DNA of 64,000 bases from Eledone cirrhosa (lineage: Eukaryota), in NCBI GenBank assembly GCA_964016885.1, contig OZ024746.1:32798001-32862000 (forward strand), in the 5' to 3' direction. A program made the translations under genes and the position numbers. Below the pieces are notes generated by a model. It searched no databases. It saw only the letters and a list, made by a program, of their open reading frames with translations, and had not been told where the DNA came from. Shown here one piece after another: positions 43,845 through 56,500 of the stretch (the first letter of the stretch is position 1; every line of letters starts with the position of its first letter).

Positions 43845-45113
43845 ATAATTGTTTCTACTTTAGGCACAAGGCCAGCAATTACCCAGTGCATTACTGGTAC
43901 TTTATTTTATCGACCCCGTAAGGATGAAAGGCAAAGTCAAACTCGGCGGGATTTGAACTCAGATCGTAAAGGGACGTAACTATGCTGGAAAGCATGGCGT
44001 CCGACCCTCTACCGATACTGCCAATCCATAATGAGGACCCCTACTATAGGTACAATGCAAGCAATTTTGGAGGTGTATGGAGGGGAAAGTTGATTGAATC
44101 GGTTCCAGTACATTACTGGTACTTTATTTTATCGTCCCCGTAAGAATGAAAAGCAACGCTAACCTCGACGGGATTTGAACTCAGAACGTAAAAGGCCATA
44201 ACTCTGTGCTTCAAAGCATGGTGTCCGATGCTCTACCGATACTGCCAATCCACCGCCCTAGAACTAAATATAAGAACAATAACAAATCTTCAAACTGGCA
44301 AACTGACAACAGTAATTTTGTAGCGGCAATATATGTGGTACACAGCCCAGAAGCAAGAAGGATAATAAGGGCTTCTAATTTGAATACAAAGCTAGCATTT
44401 TTTGAGGAAACGGAGTGTAAGAGTAATTTAAATCGATAGTTCTTTATTGGTACAATATTTTATCGATTTTAGAAGGATAAAAGGCAAAGTGGATTGCAGA
44501 AAGATTTGAACACGGAGCGTAAAGAGCCAAAAATAAGAATCCCAAGGTTCTAATGACTCAGAGAAGAGCCCCGCTGCGACCACCACCACCACCAACACCA
44601 CCACCAACAACAATAATGAGGGTTTCTGATTTAGGCACAAAGCCAACAATTTTTTGGGAGAGGAAATCAATTAAATCGACCCACTGCGTTACTGGTACTT
44701 TATTTTATCGACAAAATAGTTACGGCCTTTTACATTCTGAGTTCAAATCTCGCTGAGGTTATCTTTACCTTTTATCCTTACGAGGTCGATAAAATAAAGT
44801 ACCAGTAATACACTGGCGTCGATTTAATCGACTCCCTCCCTCAAAGTTGTTGGCCTTGTGACTAAATCAGAAACCATTATTGCTATGGTGAAGATGATGT
44901 ATTGGCAGTATCAGTAGAACATCGGACAACATGCTTTTCGGCATACAGTAACGACCCTTTACGTTCAAAGTTCAAATCCTGCCTAGGTTAGCTTTGCCTT
45001 TCATCCTTACGGGGTCGATAAAATAAAGTACAGTAGTGTATTGGGGTCAATTTAATCGACATATCTCTCTCCCCAAATTGCTAGCCTTGTGCCTTAATCA
45101 GAAATCATTATTA
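43845..45113. mobile_element. Cluster of ~6 tRNA/Meta-like SINE copies (minus-strand copies, then plus-strand copies after ~44712)
   Basis: Core motif at ~43910, 44130, 44460, 44700 (-) and 44770, 45000 (+). Confidence 0.85.
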
Positions 45114-45568
45114 TGAAGATGATATTTGAGCATTTTAACAAATTCAGAAGAAAAAGGAAAACATTCAGAAGCAAAGAAAATGTCATATAAGAAAAGGAAA
45201 TTAAGCGGATTAGGTATCTTTGACAAAGGATTGTTCTGTGGAATCGATCTTGAGTCGCTAGATTGGATATCAGTAATCCTCACAGTTTATAAATCGAAAT
45301 GTCAATGAGACCATGCGTATTTCAGCAAGTCTTTTGTCAGTGTGTGTGTGTGTGTGTGAGTGTGTGTGCGTGTGTGTGTGTGTGTGTGTGAGAGCGCGTG
45401 CGTGTAGTCGTTTGTGTGGTTTGTGCGCAATAGTTTCATACTTTTCACGCGTATATACAAATACATGTACACACATATATACATATACGCTTGCTAACAT
45501 AACTACACACACACACACAAACTTATATACATGTATGCATACACACAAACACACATATATATATATGA

Positions 45569-45644
<76 letters not shown>

Positions 45645-45689
45645 TTGTGTATATATATATATATATATATATACAATATATACATATAT

Positions 45690-45782
45690 ACATATATGTT
45701 TATATATTCAAAGTGGGTATCTTTGTATATATATAGGATTTTGCCTCTCTCTCTCTTTCTCTCTCTCTCTCTCCCTCTCTCC

Positions 45783-45833
<51 letters not shown>

Positions 45834-45886
45834 GCAAAATCCTATATATACAAAGATACCCACTTTGAAATATAAACATATATGTA
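45690..45886. repeat. Short fold-back with ~70-bp arms around (CT)n/(TA)n
   Basis: TTCAAAGTGGGTATCTTTGTATATATATAGGATTTTGCCTCTCT vs AGAGAGGCAAAATCCTATATATACAAAGATACCCACTTTGAA. Confidence 0.85.
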
Positions 45887-45896
45887 TATATGTATT

Positions 45897-45971
<75 letters not shown>

Positions 45972-46400
45972 GAGTATCTAAGTATATATATATATATCTA
46001 TGTTGTGTGTATCTAAGTATATATGTATGTGTCCATGAATATGTGTGTAACGTAAGAAACTATTGTGTACAGACGAACTTATACAATCGCTATTATACTA
46101 TTATAAAACATATATACACTCACATGTTCTTTCTTCAACACACTCTGTCCGGTAACACAATTCCTCTAATCAATATTGCTAGTACACATACAGTTTCATA
46201 CGTATACTCTTATTCTTTCTTTGTGATCACAACACGTTTAACATTTTCCTATTCCAAAATGACTGCACGCATACACATAAACACGTAAACACTTATAAAC
46301 ATATACACTGCGGCATACATACACCCATACACACCGACACCCACAAACTTCTGTATATAGAACCTTACTCTTTTTGTGCACACACACACACACGCACACG

Positions 46401-46431
<31 letters not shown>

Positions 46432-46612
46432 GTATATATAAATAAATAAATAAATAAATATATAAATATATATATATAAGTAGAAGGGGTATATAATTTG
46501 TTGGAAGTCCGACAAATATAAATGTTTATAACTGATTTAGAGCACTCAGTGAATATCCAACCGATAAGGTATGATTTTCATGGGTATGTCTCTATTTATA
46601 AAACAAACTTTG

Positions 46613-46675
46613 TATTTTATCTGATGAAAGCGTACCAATGTGTCTTGGTACCCTTGAAATATATATAATAAAATA
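46613..46675 (+). ncRNA. Type I minimal hammerhead ribozyme
   Basis: TATTTTAT-CTGATGA-AAGCGTACCAA-TGTGTC-TTGGTACCCTT-GAAA-T-ATAT-A-TA-ATAAAATA; predicted cleavage after 46667. Confidence 0.85.
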
Positions 46676-46714
46676 AATATGGTTTTATAAATATAGTTCC
46701 CATTTATTTAATAT

Positions 46715-46762
<48 letters not shown>

Positions 46763-46763
<1 letters not shown>

Positions 46764-46882
46764 TATCCTGGGTTCAATCGGGGGTAATCCCAGTAAGTAA
46801 GGTACTCAATACATAGCAGAGTATAAATATTTAATATAGAAATGGCTTCGACAGGAACTGTTTCATTGGAAAGAATTCATCA

Positions 46883-46885
<3 letters not shown>
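46763..46885 (-). mobile_element. Family B element beginning at an HHR core
   Basis: Minus strand CTGATGA-ATT-CTTTCC-AAT-GAAAC at 46883-46860; GTATTGAGTAC 3' motif. Confidence 0.75.
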
Positions 46886-46936
<51 letters not shown>

Positions 46937-46973
46937 CTCCCTTTCTCACTATATATATATATATATATATATA

Positions 46974-47108
46974 TAGGGTGCCCCCCCCCCCCCCCCAAAA
47001 AAAAAGAAAGAATATAAATATATTTATATATACACACTTTGATTACTTCTACAGGTAATATTTATTAGAATGCTGGTGAAGTGTGTATGCATTTGTTGGG
47101 ACACCCTG
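46974..47108. mobile_element. Mariner-type MITE remnant
   Basis: TATAGGGTGCCCC ... GGGACACCCTGTA. Confidence 0.55.
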
Positions 47109-47477
47109 TATATATATACACACAAATACATACATCCATGCATACGTACGTACGTACAAGCATAGATACATATATAGATACCTACATAATACTTATATAC
47201 ATATTTCTCAAGATCTATATTGACTGTATACACATAGACACAGACTTACACGAAATCATAATGATTATATATACATATATCATATTTCTCCATTTCATAT
47301 TTCGTCCGGCTTGTTAAATTAATGTGTAAATAATTGAATGTTTTTCCTACACTCGTATTCATTCCTCTGTCAGAATTAGACTGCTACAATGTGACAAGTA
47401 TAGTCTTTTGAAGTACAGGTATTGTCAAATTGTTGGGCTTTCACATAGTTCCGGGCAACGAAATTTCATTTACATAC

Positions 47478-47655
47478 TTATGGCAGTGGAAACTTCTGGT
47501 GTGCTTGGCGCTAGAGATATCTGCCTACTCACTACCATAGGCACTGAGCTGGCAAGCCGCAGGTGTGAGACTCGAGAGTTGGAATGGCTCTTCCAGCGCA
47601 TCTCCCTTACCATTCTCCGGGGAAACGCCTTCTCCCTTCTGTCCACCGGGGCCTG
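47478..47655 (+). pseudogene. CRE-clade non-LTR retrotransposon RLE C-terminal fragment
   Basis: MAVETSGVLG...RELEWLFQRISLTILRGNAFSLLST resembles the CRE-type AVET.G..G...QR.S..I.RGNA motif. Confidence 0.7.
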
Positions 47656-48404
47656 GGGAGGCCAGCACATGGAACCCCATTTGCTGACCATACAGAGAGA
47701 TGGGGAGGGCGAAAGAAATGAAGGCGTTGACAGTGGGAGTTCGGCTCTTCCACGTTCGGACCATATCCTTGTGGTTGTGTTCATTATCTATAGAGTTCAT
47801 TCTATTACCCAAGGTAGAAAATTACTTAATTCAAACAAAAGCTATTGTGAAAATATTTGCCTAAGATGCTACGCGTGAGATCAGTCATGGAGCCTCTTGA
47901 TTACGAAACGTACTTCTTGATCATTTTGGTATGCCTTCGTCCCCTGTACACAAATATAGATGTAGCAATACAGACATAGGTAGAAAGACACCCATATACA
48001 AACATTTTCTTATTCCGTAATGCCTGCATGCTCATACATATATGGACACATATTCGTACACAGGAACACGAATGCACACTCAATCTCAGACTCCCCCCCC
48101 CCACCACACACACTCTTTTGTGTTCTTTTCCTGTTCTTTAATGATTGTTACTCAGAAATGGACATCATACATAATCGTTTATACTTAACAATCTACCCAC
48201 GAGCGAACAAGAGATTTATAACTGAAACAAAAGCAAAAACATGACTACTGCCAATACAGACCTGAATATGACGTCAGCATTGTTGGTAGTGACGTAAAAC
48301 GTTATTTGCATAAACTTTGTTGCCGTTAAATATGTTCCTTAAGAACAAAGATAAAAGTGCCATTTTTATTTACTTTTACACTGTACATACATACCTACAC
48401 ACAT

Positions 48405-48503
<99 letters not shown>

Positions 48504-48530
48504 CACACACATACACACACACACACACAC

Positions 48531-48567
<37 letters not shown>

Positions 48568-48728
48568 CATATATACCTACACATACACATATACATACAT
48601 ACTTATATAGATACATACATACTTATATAGATACCCATACATACTTATATACATACTTACATACACACATACATATATATATATATATACATTCATATAT
48701 ACATACACACATACATACATATATATGT

Positions 48729-48782
<54 letters not shown>

Positions 48783-49253
48783 TTACATACACACACACTC
48801 ATACATACACACATACATACACACATACATTCATACATTCATACATATATACATACATTCACATATGTGCACGCTTGTGTTGTGTATTTTTTTGTTTAAT
48901 GTTTTTGTTATTGATATTGTTGCTTATATTTTTTTGGTGTTGATATTGTTCAAATTCCTATTGTTGTGTTCTTTATGTTGTTAGACTTTCTATTGTTGTT
49001 GTTGATGTTAATGTCTTATTGAACTTCGTATTGTTGTAGTTAATGATGTTAATGTTATTAATGGTGTTAAACTTCCTATACTTATTTCAGTTGTAGTTGT
49101 TGTTGTTGATATCACCTGCGTTGCTGTCAATTTTCTCTTGTTGTTGTTGTTGTTGTTGTTGCTATTGCTAATGTTCCATTTGTTGTCGATAATGGTCCAC
49201 TTGTTGTTGTCGGTAATGGTCCACTTGTTGTTGTTGTCGGTAATGGTCCAATT

Positions 49254-49319
<66 letters not shown>

Positions 49320-49499
49320 GATAATGTCTCTGTGTTTCTTGTTGCTAATATTGTTTTCTTTGTTATCGTTGTAACAGCCATTTCTCTTGTTTACGTTGTT
49401 GTTGTTTTGTCATTGTTGATGTTGTTGTTACTGTTGTTTTTATTGTTGTAGTTCTTCCTTTCACTGTTTTCCTGTTATTGTGGTTGTTGATGATGATAT

Positions 49500-51130
49500 T
49501 TCTGTTGCATACATATATCATTGCTGAAAATACAGACAGTGTCAACAAGCACACCCAACTCCTTCTCACTCTTCCCGAAGAGCTTAAGATCGTCCATGAA
49601 GAGGAGATGATTGATAGTAAGCCCTCCCTTTCCCAACCCGTATCCTGCTCTCACTTTTCGCAGTACACTGGTCAGGGGCATCAGGGCAAGGACAAACAAC
49701 AGAGGGGACAGACTATCTCCCTGGAAGATACCTCTCTTGATCTTGACGGTTCCCAAGGATTCTCCAGTTGATGTTAACTCTGTTTCCCAGGACTTCATAC
49801 TTTTGAAGATCTCCAGGCTTTTGGTGATCCAAGAATGAGGCACCATGTCAAATGCCTTTTTGTAGTCTATCCATCCCATGGCAAGACCAGTGTGTCTCCT
49901 CTTGCAATTCCTCATTACCATCTTATCAATAAGTAACTGGTCCTTTGTACCACGTGACTTCTTTCGGCATCCTTTCTGTTCGTCCGGTAACAAGTTGTTT
50001 GTGTGGAGGTGATGGTAGATTTCCTCAGATATAATGCTTGTCAACAGTTTCCACATTACGGACAGACATGTGATAGGTCTATAGTTGGTAACATCATTAC
50101 CCTTGATTCGGTCTTTCATTATCAGAACTATGGTACCTTTTGTCAACCACTCTGGTACCTCACCTGACATCAAGCAGTCATTGAACATGGTTGTCAGTTT
50201 CGGGTGGAGGGATGTTATATTTTTAATCCAATACCCCTGCACACCATCTGGGCCTGGTGATTTCCAGTTGGTTAGCTTTTTGGCCTGCCCCTTAAGAGTT
50301 TCAACTGTGATACTCAAATCAGTTTGTTGGTGTGCCTGTTCACTAATCTCCTTCTGTACTGTCTCAATCCACACTGCCTTCCAGAAGGTTTTAGTTTGTT
50401 CCGTCTCAGGGATCAAGTCGTTGCCTCTTTCTTTCCCCTCAAGCTGTCCAAACAGCATCTTCTGGTTGTTGTCAAACAGGCGGTTCTGTCTATACTGACT
50501 GACTCTGTTCTCGTATCGCCTGATTTTTGCACTCTTTGCTACAATGCGTTGCTTCAGTTCCTCTATGATAATATTTAGCTTTTTCCTCCTAGTTTTGTAC
50601 TTTATTTCCAGTCTATTTTTAGTGTCTATGTTTTTTAGTGTCCCATTCAGTAGGGACTCAAGCTTTCCAATGTCATTTCTCATTTCCCTGATTTGACCAC
50701 TCAGTCGTTTCTTCCACCAAGGCTCTGCTCTTTCTTGTCTGTTGTTTCCTCTCGCTTTTATACCAAGTAGTTTCCTCACCGTATTTGTTGTTGCTTTGAG
50801 GATATTGTTGCACTGGTGAAGGCTCCTCGCCTCAAGGTATGGGATGACTTTGTTTACCTTAGCTGTTGTTTCTTTTAACTTTTTCCTGTCTACAAATCTT
50901 AGGTTCATAGGTCTCCCACTATCATTGTTCAATTCATCTACCACTAAGTTTAGGATATCAACCAAATCTTGTCCTAGCCCGTCAACATTCATCTCCTCAG
51001 TGGCCGTATCTCTGTTCCAGGTATTATTTATCTCAGCATTCAGATCATTGTCTGCTTCGGGTGGTTCCTCCGTTCTCTCGACCTCTTAACCTTCATTTCC
51101 CACTGGCTCATTTGCCTGGCATACTCCACT
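49500..51130 (-). pseudogene. Dong/R4-like RLE retrotransposon, RT-containing internal fragment (family 1)
   Basis: ORF 49475-50992: WKSPGPDG, YRPITCL, WIDYKKAFD, GIFQGDSLSPLLF, HLLFMDDLKL; broken shortly after the MDD motif. Confidence 0.9.
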
Positions 51131-51133
51131 ATG

Positions 51134-51165
<32 letters not shown>

Positions 51166-51166
<1 letters not shown>

Positions 51167-51589
51167 TGCATTTATCTTGCTTTATGTTTATACGAGTTAT
51201 CACCAAGTCACAACCAGTGACCTCAAGAGACAACAAGGTCCGCCATGTTCAAGAAAGAACACACATATTCACACATGCATCCTTAGTGTTTAGACTTGTG
51301 ATGTACTTATATTGACAGGATCTTCCTTAGTATATGGGCAGTTCCCATTAGTACTATCTTTTGTATTTCTCCTATACGCGGGTTTCCTGGGATTTGCGAT
51401 AAGTAGTCGTTAGACCCCTTAGGTATCATTCCCAGAGCGCCTACAACCACTGGTATTGTTTTAGTTCTCAATTTCCACATTTTTCCAATTTCTATCTCCA
51501 GGTCCTTATACTTGCTCAATTTTTCAAATGTTTTTATAGATACATTCTTGTCTATTGGAACAGACATATCAATTAGCAGGCATACCCTC

Positions 51590-51590
<1 letters not shown>
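51166..51590 (-). mobile_element. Dong/R4-like family 2, short 5'-truncated copy
   Basis: IDMSVP...EKLSKYKDL...PVVVGALG plus 3'UTR; (ATT)n on both sides. Confidence 0.9.
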
Positions 51591-51654
<64 letters not shown>

Positions 51655-51655
<1 letters not shown>

Positions 51656-54594
51656 AGTTGCATTTATCTTGCTTTATGTTCATACGAGTTATCACCAAGT
51701 CACAACCAGTGACCTCAAGAGACAACAAGGTCCGCCATGTTCAAGAAAGAACATACATACTCACACATGCATCTTTAGTGTTTAGACTTGTGATGTACTT
51801 ATATTGACAGAATCTTTCTTAGTATATGGGCAGTTCCTATTAGTACTATCTTTTGTATTTCTCCTATACGCGGGTTTCCTGGGATTTGCGATAAGCAATC
51901 ATTAGACCCCTTAGGTATCATTCCCAGAGCGCCTACAACCACTGGTATTGTTTTAGTTCTCAATTTCCACATTTTTCCAATTTCTATCTCCAGGTCCTTA
52001 TACTTGCTCAATTTTTCAAATGTTTTTATAGATACATTCTCGTCTATTAGAACAGACATATCAATTAGCAGGCATACCCTCTTTTTAAAGTCCTTCAATA
52101 TTATATCAGGTCTATTTGCATCTTTTTTTCGGTCTGTTTGGATGCTAAAGTTCCACAAGATTGAGATGTGATCTTTTTCAAGTATGGGAGGTGGTTGATG
52201 CTCCCACCAATTCTTTTGATGGGGCAGGTCAAAATGCTTACACATTATCCAATGTATGTATTGTGCAGCTCTGTCATGCCTGTTTAGGTATTCGGTTGGA
52301 GCTATAGGACTGCAAATTGAAATTATATGGTCAATGGTCTCTGGTTGTTTTTTGCATACACGGCATAATGGGTTGCATCCATTTTTTATTATGTTGGCTT
52401 GGTAATCTTTTGTTGGCAGACACTGATCTTGTGCTGATATAATCAGTCCTTCAGTCTCCAATTTCAGTCCAGAGGATGCCAACCACTGATGGGTTAAAGT
52501 TTTGTCAACATCAGGATTGTTAGCTCGCTCTGGGTATTTTCCATACAGAGGCTTTTCTTGCCATTTCTTAGCCAGTTTCTGTAGCAGTTCTTTCTTTGCA
52601 GTTACTTTTACCTGCTTTTCTTTTTCTGTGTTTTCCATTTCAGCAGTAAATGGGACTTCTGAAATCTGAAGTCCATTACTGTATCTTTGTGCATCTTTTG
52701 TAATGGAATATGATCTTTTGATGCTTTCGTGTTTCAAAACGAGTTTGATCATCCAATCATGTGATTCCCTTAGATATGTAGATAATCCAATTGTTGCAGT
52801 TTTCAACGCAATGTCTAACTGGATTAACCCACGTCCTCCTTCTTTCCTAGGGAGATATATTCTATCTGTATCTGCCTTAGGGTGATGCATTCTGTGCATG
52901 GTTAAGAATTTTCGAATTTTTGTATCGAGCCTACGGATCTCTGTGCTTGACCAGTTGATGACATTGTAACTGTAGGTTACTACTGGTATGGCAAGCGTGT
53001 TTATGGCATCGATCCTATTCCTTGCATTCAATTCCGTTCTTAAGATTGCTCTTACTCTGCGGTAACATTCCTTCCTTATCCTTTCCCTCATTGTCGAGTG
53101 CTTGATTCCGTCTCCTTCACAAACACCTAGATATTTGTAAATTTTTTCTTGATCAAGTTCTCTTATCACGTTCCCCCGATCAAGATTAATGTCTGAACTC
53201 TTCAGCAGCTTTCCTCTGGTGAACGTTGCTTTGGCGCATTTATCTAGTCAAAACTCCATTTTAATGTCATCACTGAACTGATCCACAGTGGATAATAGAC
53301 CTTGCAATTGTTCATCATTTTTTGCAAATAGTTTCAGGTCATCCATGTAGAACAAGTGATTAATGGTTTTGTCATAGACTTTATATCCATGTTTTACTTA
53401 ATGGTATAAGTGCGATGCAGAATAAAAGCAGTGATAAAGAGTCACGCTGAAAAATTCCACAATTAATATTAAATGCTCCAGCTTCCAGTGATTTTGTTTC
53501 ACTATTCAAAAGGAGTGTCGTTTTCCATGTCTTCATACTGAATGACAAAAACCTCCTGACAACGGGGGATATTTTGAAAATCTCTAAACATTTTTCAATC
53601 CAACTGTGTGGCAAACTATCGAATGCTTTTTTATAATCTATCCAAGCAATCGATAGATTTTTGTGTCTATTATGACAATCTTCCAGTATCATTTTGTTAA
53701 CCAGAAGCTGATCCTTACAGCCATATGAGCCTCGTTTACACCCTTTCTGCTCAATGGGAAATAGGTCATATGTTATCAGGTGGTCATATGTATATTCAGT
53801 TAGGACTGATGTTAAAATTTTATACATTGTGGTCAAGCAAGTTATCGGTCTGTAATTTTTGGGATTGTTTGTCTCATCATTCTTCGGAAGCAGGAATGTA
53901 ATGCCGTTAACTAGCCATGATGGTATCTTTTCTGGCTCCTTAACTATTTCATTGTAAAGTTGGGCTAACAGCTCATGAGACTCTGTGAAGGCATTTATCC
54001 AAAAGTTTTGTATTTTGTCTTTTCCTGGGGATTTCCATTTGCTGGTTTTTCTTAGAGCCAAGCTCAACTGTTCAACTGTTATATTTTCCCATATTTGTTC
54101 CTCAAGGTGAGCTGTATCTTTCATTTGTCTGTCTATCCATGGGGCATGTATGTTATGAACTTTTTCTTCGGCCCAGATCTTTTCCCAGAATTCTTGCACA
54201 TCCTCCTTGGGTGGTATTGATTTAGCAGTTATTGTTGACTTACCAATTTTTCTGTAGAAGTTTCTTTTGTTGTTTTTGAACATATTATTGTCCTTATAGA
54301 ATCTAGATCGTTTTTCAAAGCGCCTTATACGAGCAGCTTTGGCCGACACTTTTTGCTTGATTATTTCTATCAGCATGTCTATGTCACTTGTTGATTTTAT
54401 ACTGTACTTTCTTTTCAATTTTCTAAGTTTAGTTTGTTTAACATGTTCACCTACTTTATAGTTTGTTAAAATTTCTATGTCAGATCGGAGAAGGTTTATT
54501 TGGCGATTGATATTCTCTTGCCAAGTAGATTTCTTGTGGGAATTCCTTTGTTTTTTCATCTTCACTCCACATAAGTGAGTGGTGACTTTATCCG

Positions 54595-54598
<4 letters not shown>
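51655..54598 (-). pseudogene. Dong/R4-like family 2, ~2.9-kb 5'-truncated copy (RT, CCHC, RLE), disabled
   Basis: ORFs 53381-54727 and 51799-53169; CRVC...HI...C, RHD, RPDI...D; deletion frameshift at ~53390 and MEF*LDKC stop at ~53248. Confidence 0.92.
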
Positions 54599-54654
<56 letters not shown>

Positions 54655-54655
<1 letters not shown>

Positions 54656-55063
54656 GTTGCATTTATCTTGCTTTATGTTCATACGAGTTATCACCAAGTC
54701 ACAACCAGTGACCTCAAGAGACAACAAGGTCCGCCATGTTCAAGAAAGAACATACATATTCACACATGCATCTTTAGTGTTTAGACTTGTGATGTACTTA
54801 TATTGACAGAATCTTCCTTAGTATATGGGCAGTTCCCATTAGTACTATCTTTTGTATTTCTCCTATACGCGGGTTTCCTGGGATTTGCGATATGTAATCA
54901 TTAGACCCCTTAGGTATCATTCCCAGAGCGCCTACAACCACTGGTATTGTTTTAGTTCTCAATTTCCACATTTTTCCAATTTCTATCTCCAGGTCCTTAT
55001 ACTTGCTCAATTTTTCAAATGTTTTTATAGATACATTCTTGTCTATTGGAACAGACATATCAA
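54655..55063 (-). mobile_element. Dong/R4-like family 2, short copy
   Basis: Same C-terminus and 3'UTR; (ATT)n flanks. Confidence 0.9.
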
Positions 55064-55089
55064 TTATTATTATTATTATTATTGTTGTT

Positions 55090-56224
55090 ATTCCTTGAAT
55101 CTCAGTCATTGATGTTGGTTAACTGGAAAGTCCGTTGGAATGAATATCAAGCCACTACCTGCAGCCTCAGATATTCAGGACGTATCGGAGGGTTCTTGCT
55201 GTTCCAAGCAAGCATGCCTTTTGAAGCGTTCCAAAAAGCGTGAAGGGGCCGATTTTCTTTAACCATCCCTGGAAACTTTTGGAGATAGTCCCCAGTGCGC
55301 CTATGACAATCGGGATCACTTTGACTTCATGGCAGTTCCAAATCCTTTTCACCTCCCACTTTAGGTCCTGGTATCGGTTAATTTTCTCCCTCTCCTTCTC
55401 TTGCACTCTCGTGTCGAACGGGCAGGCCACATGCCACAATCAGACACGATCTTTTTTCTTTGTCCACAACCATCAGGTCAGGTCTATTGTGTTCCAGTTT
55501 TTTGTCCGTCTGTATCCTAAAATCCCACACCTTCACCTGATTGTTCTCCATCACCGCCTCTGGCCTATGCTCATACCATTTCTCAGAATGTGGTAAATTG
55601 TTTACTTTGCACAGGTGCCAGTGGATCACCCTGCCCATCACATCGTGTCTCCAGCCCTTATAGTGGGTCTGGGCTAGGTGTTTACACTCGGACACAATGT
55701 GAGCCACAGTCTCCTCTCTCTCTCCACAGATCCTGCACAGTGGGCTAGCCTCCTCCTTGTAAATATGGTGCTTCAACCACTTCGTTTTGAGGGCCTGCTC
55801 CTGCGCAGCCATTAGCATTCCTTCTGTAGCCTTTTTGAGGTCTCCTCTTCTCAACCAGTTCCATGTCTGTGGATCTCTAAATTCAGTTTTCTCAAAGAAG
55901 GTACTATGAAGGGATTTTCCCTTAAGGCTGCTCTTCCTCCTTGATGTTATTTCCTCCTTGGACATCCCCTGGCCTACTGTCCCCTCCTTCAGTACAGTTC
56001 TGAGCATTGGCTCCTTACTATAGGTCACGTATTTGTATAGGTTGTTTTTCTCCATCTGAACACAGTCCTCTATGCTGATAAGACCTCTTCCACCCTCAGA
56101 TCTCCTTAGGTAGAGTCTATCGACATCACTCCTCTTGTGGAACATGTTATAGATAGTCAATAGCTTCCTAGTCTTCCTATCCATTTCTTTTTGTTCAGCA
56201 ACATTCCATCTCAGAATTCCCGCA

Positions 56225-56225
<1 letters not shown>
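55090..56225 (-). pseudogene. Dong/R4-like 3' fragment of a different family (Zn finger plus RLE)
   Basis: RLYLRRSEGGRGL, CRICGEREETVAHIVSEC, RHD, RPDL, PIVIGALG; frameshifted. Confidence 0.9.
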
Positions 56226-56291
<66 letters not shown>

Positions 56292-56500
56292 GGCGACCTA
56301 CGTAGTAAATCGTATCATCGTGAGCTCCGCAAAGATTTGTTATTTCCGTTTGTTAAAAATTGTCATTTATGGAAAATTTTATTGTTAACTGTTTATAAGC
56401 GCACATACATTGTTTTCCGAAAAGGACACCCAAAAAGATTGGGGCCTTGTGCCCAAAATTTAAACTTTTATTATTATCAAAAAATTTCTTTGAAAAAAAA

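Noticed and set aside
53246-53251. In-frame TGA as selenocysteine or programmed read-through
   Set aside because: It replaces the usual Gly of MEFGLDKC, and the copy also has a frameshifting deletion; simple inactivation is more likely.
53381-54727. N-terminal MLSLEVTG...poly-Asn extension of the RT ORF
   Set aside because: Chance read-through from the neighbouring copy's 3'UTR and (TAA)n tail into a 5'-truncated copy.
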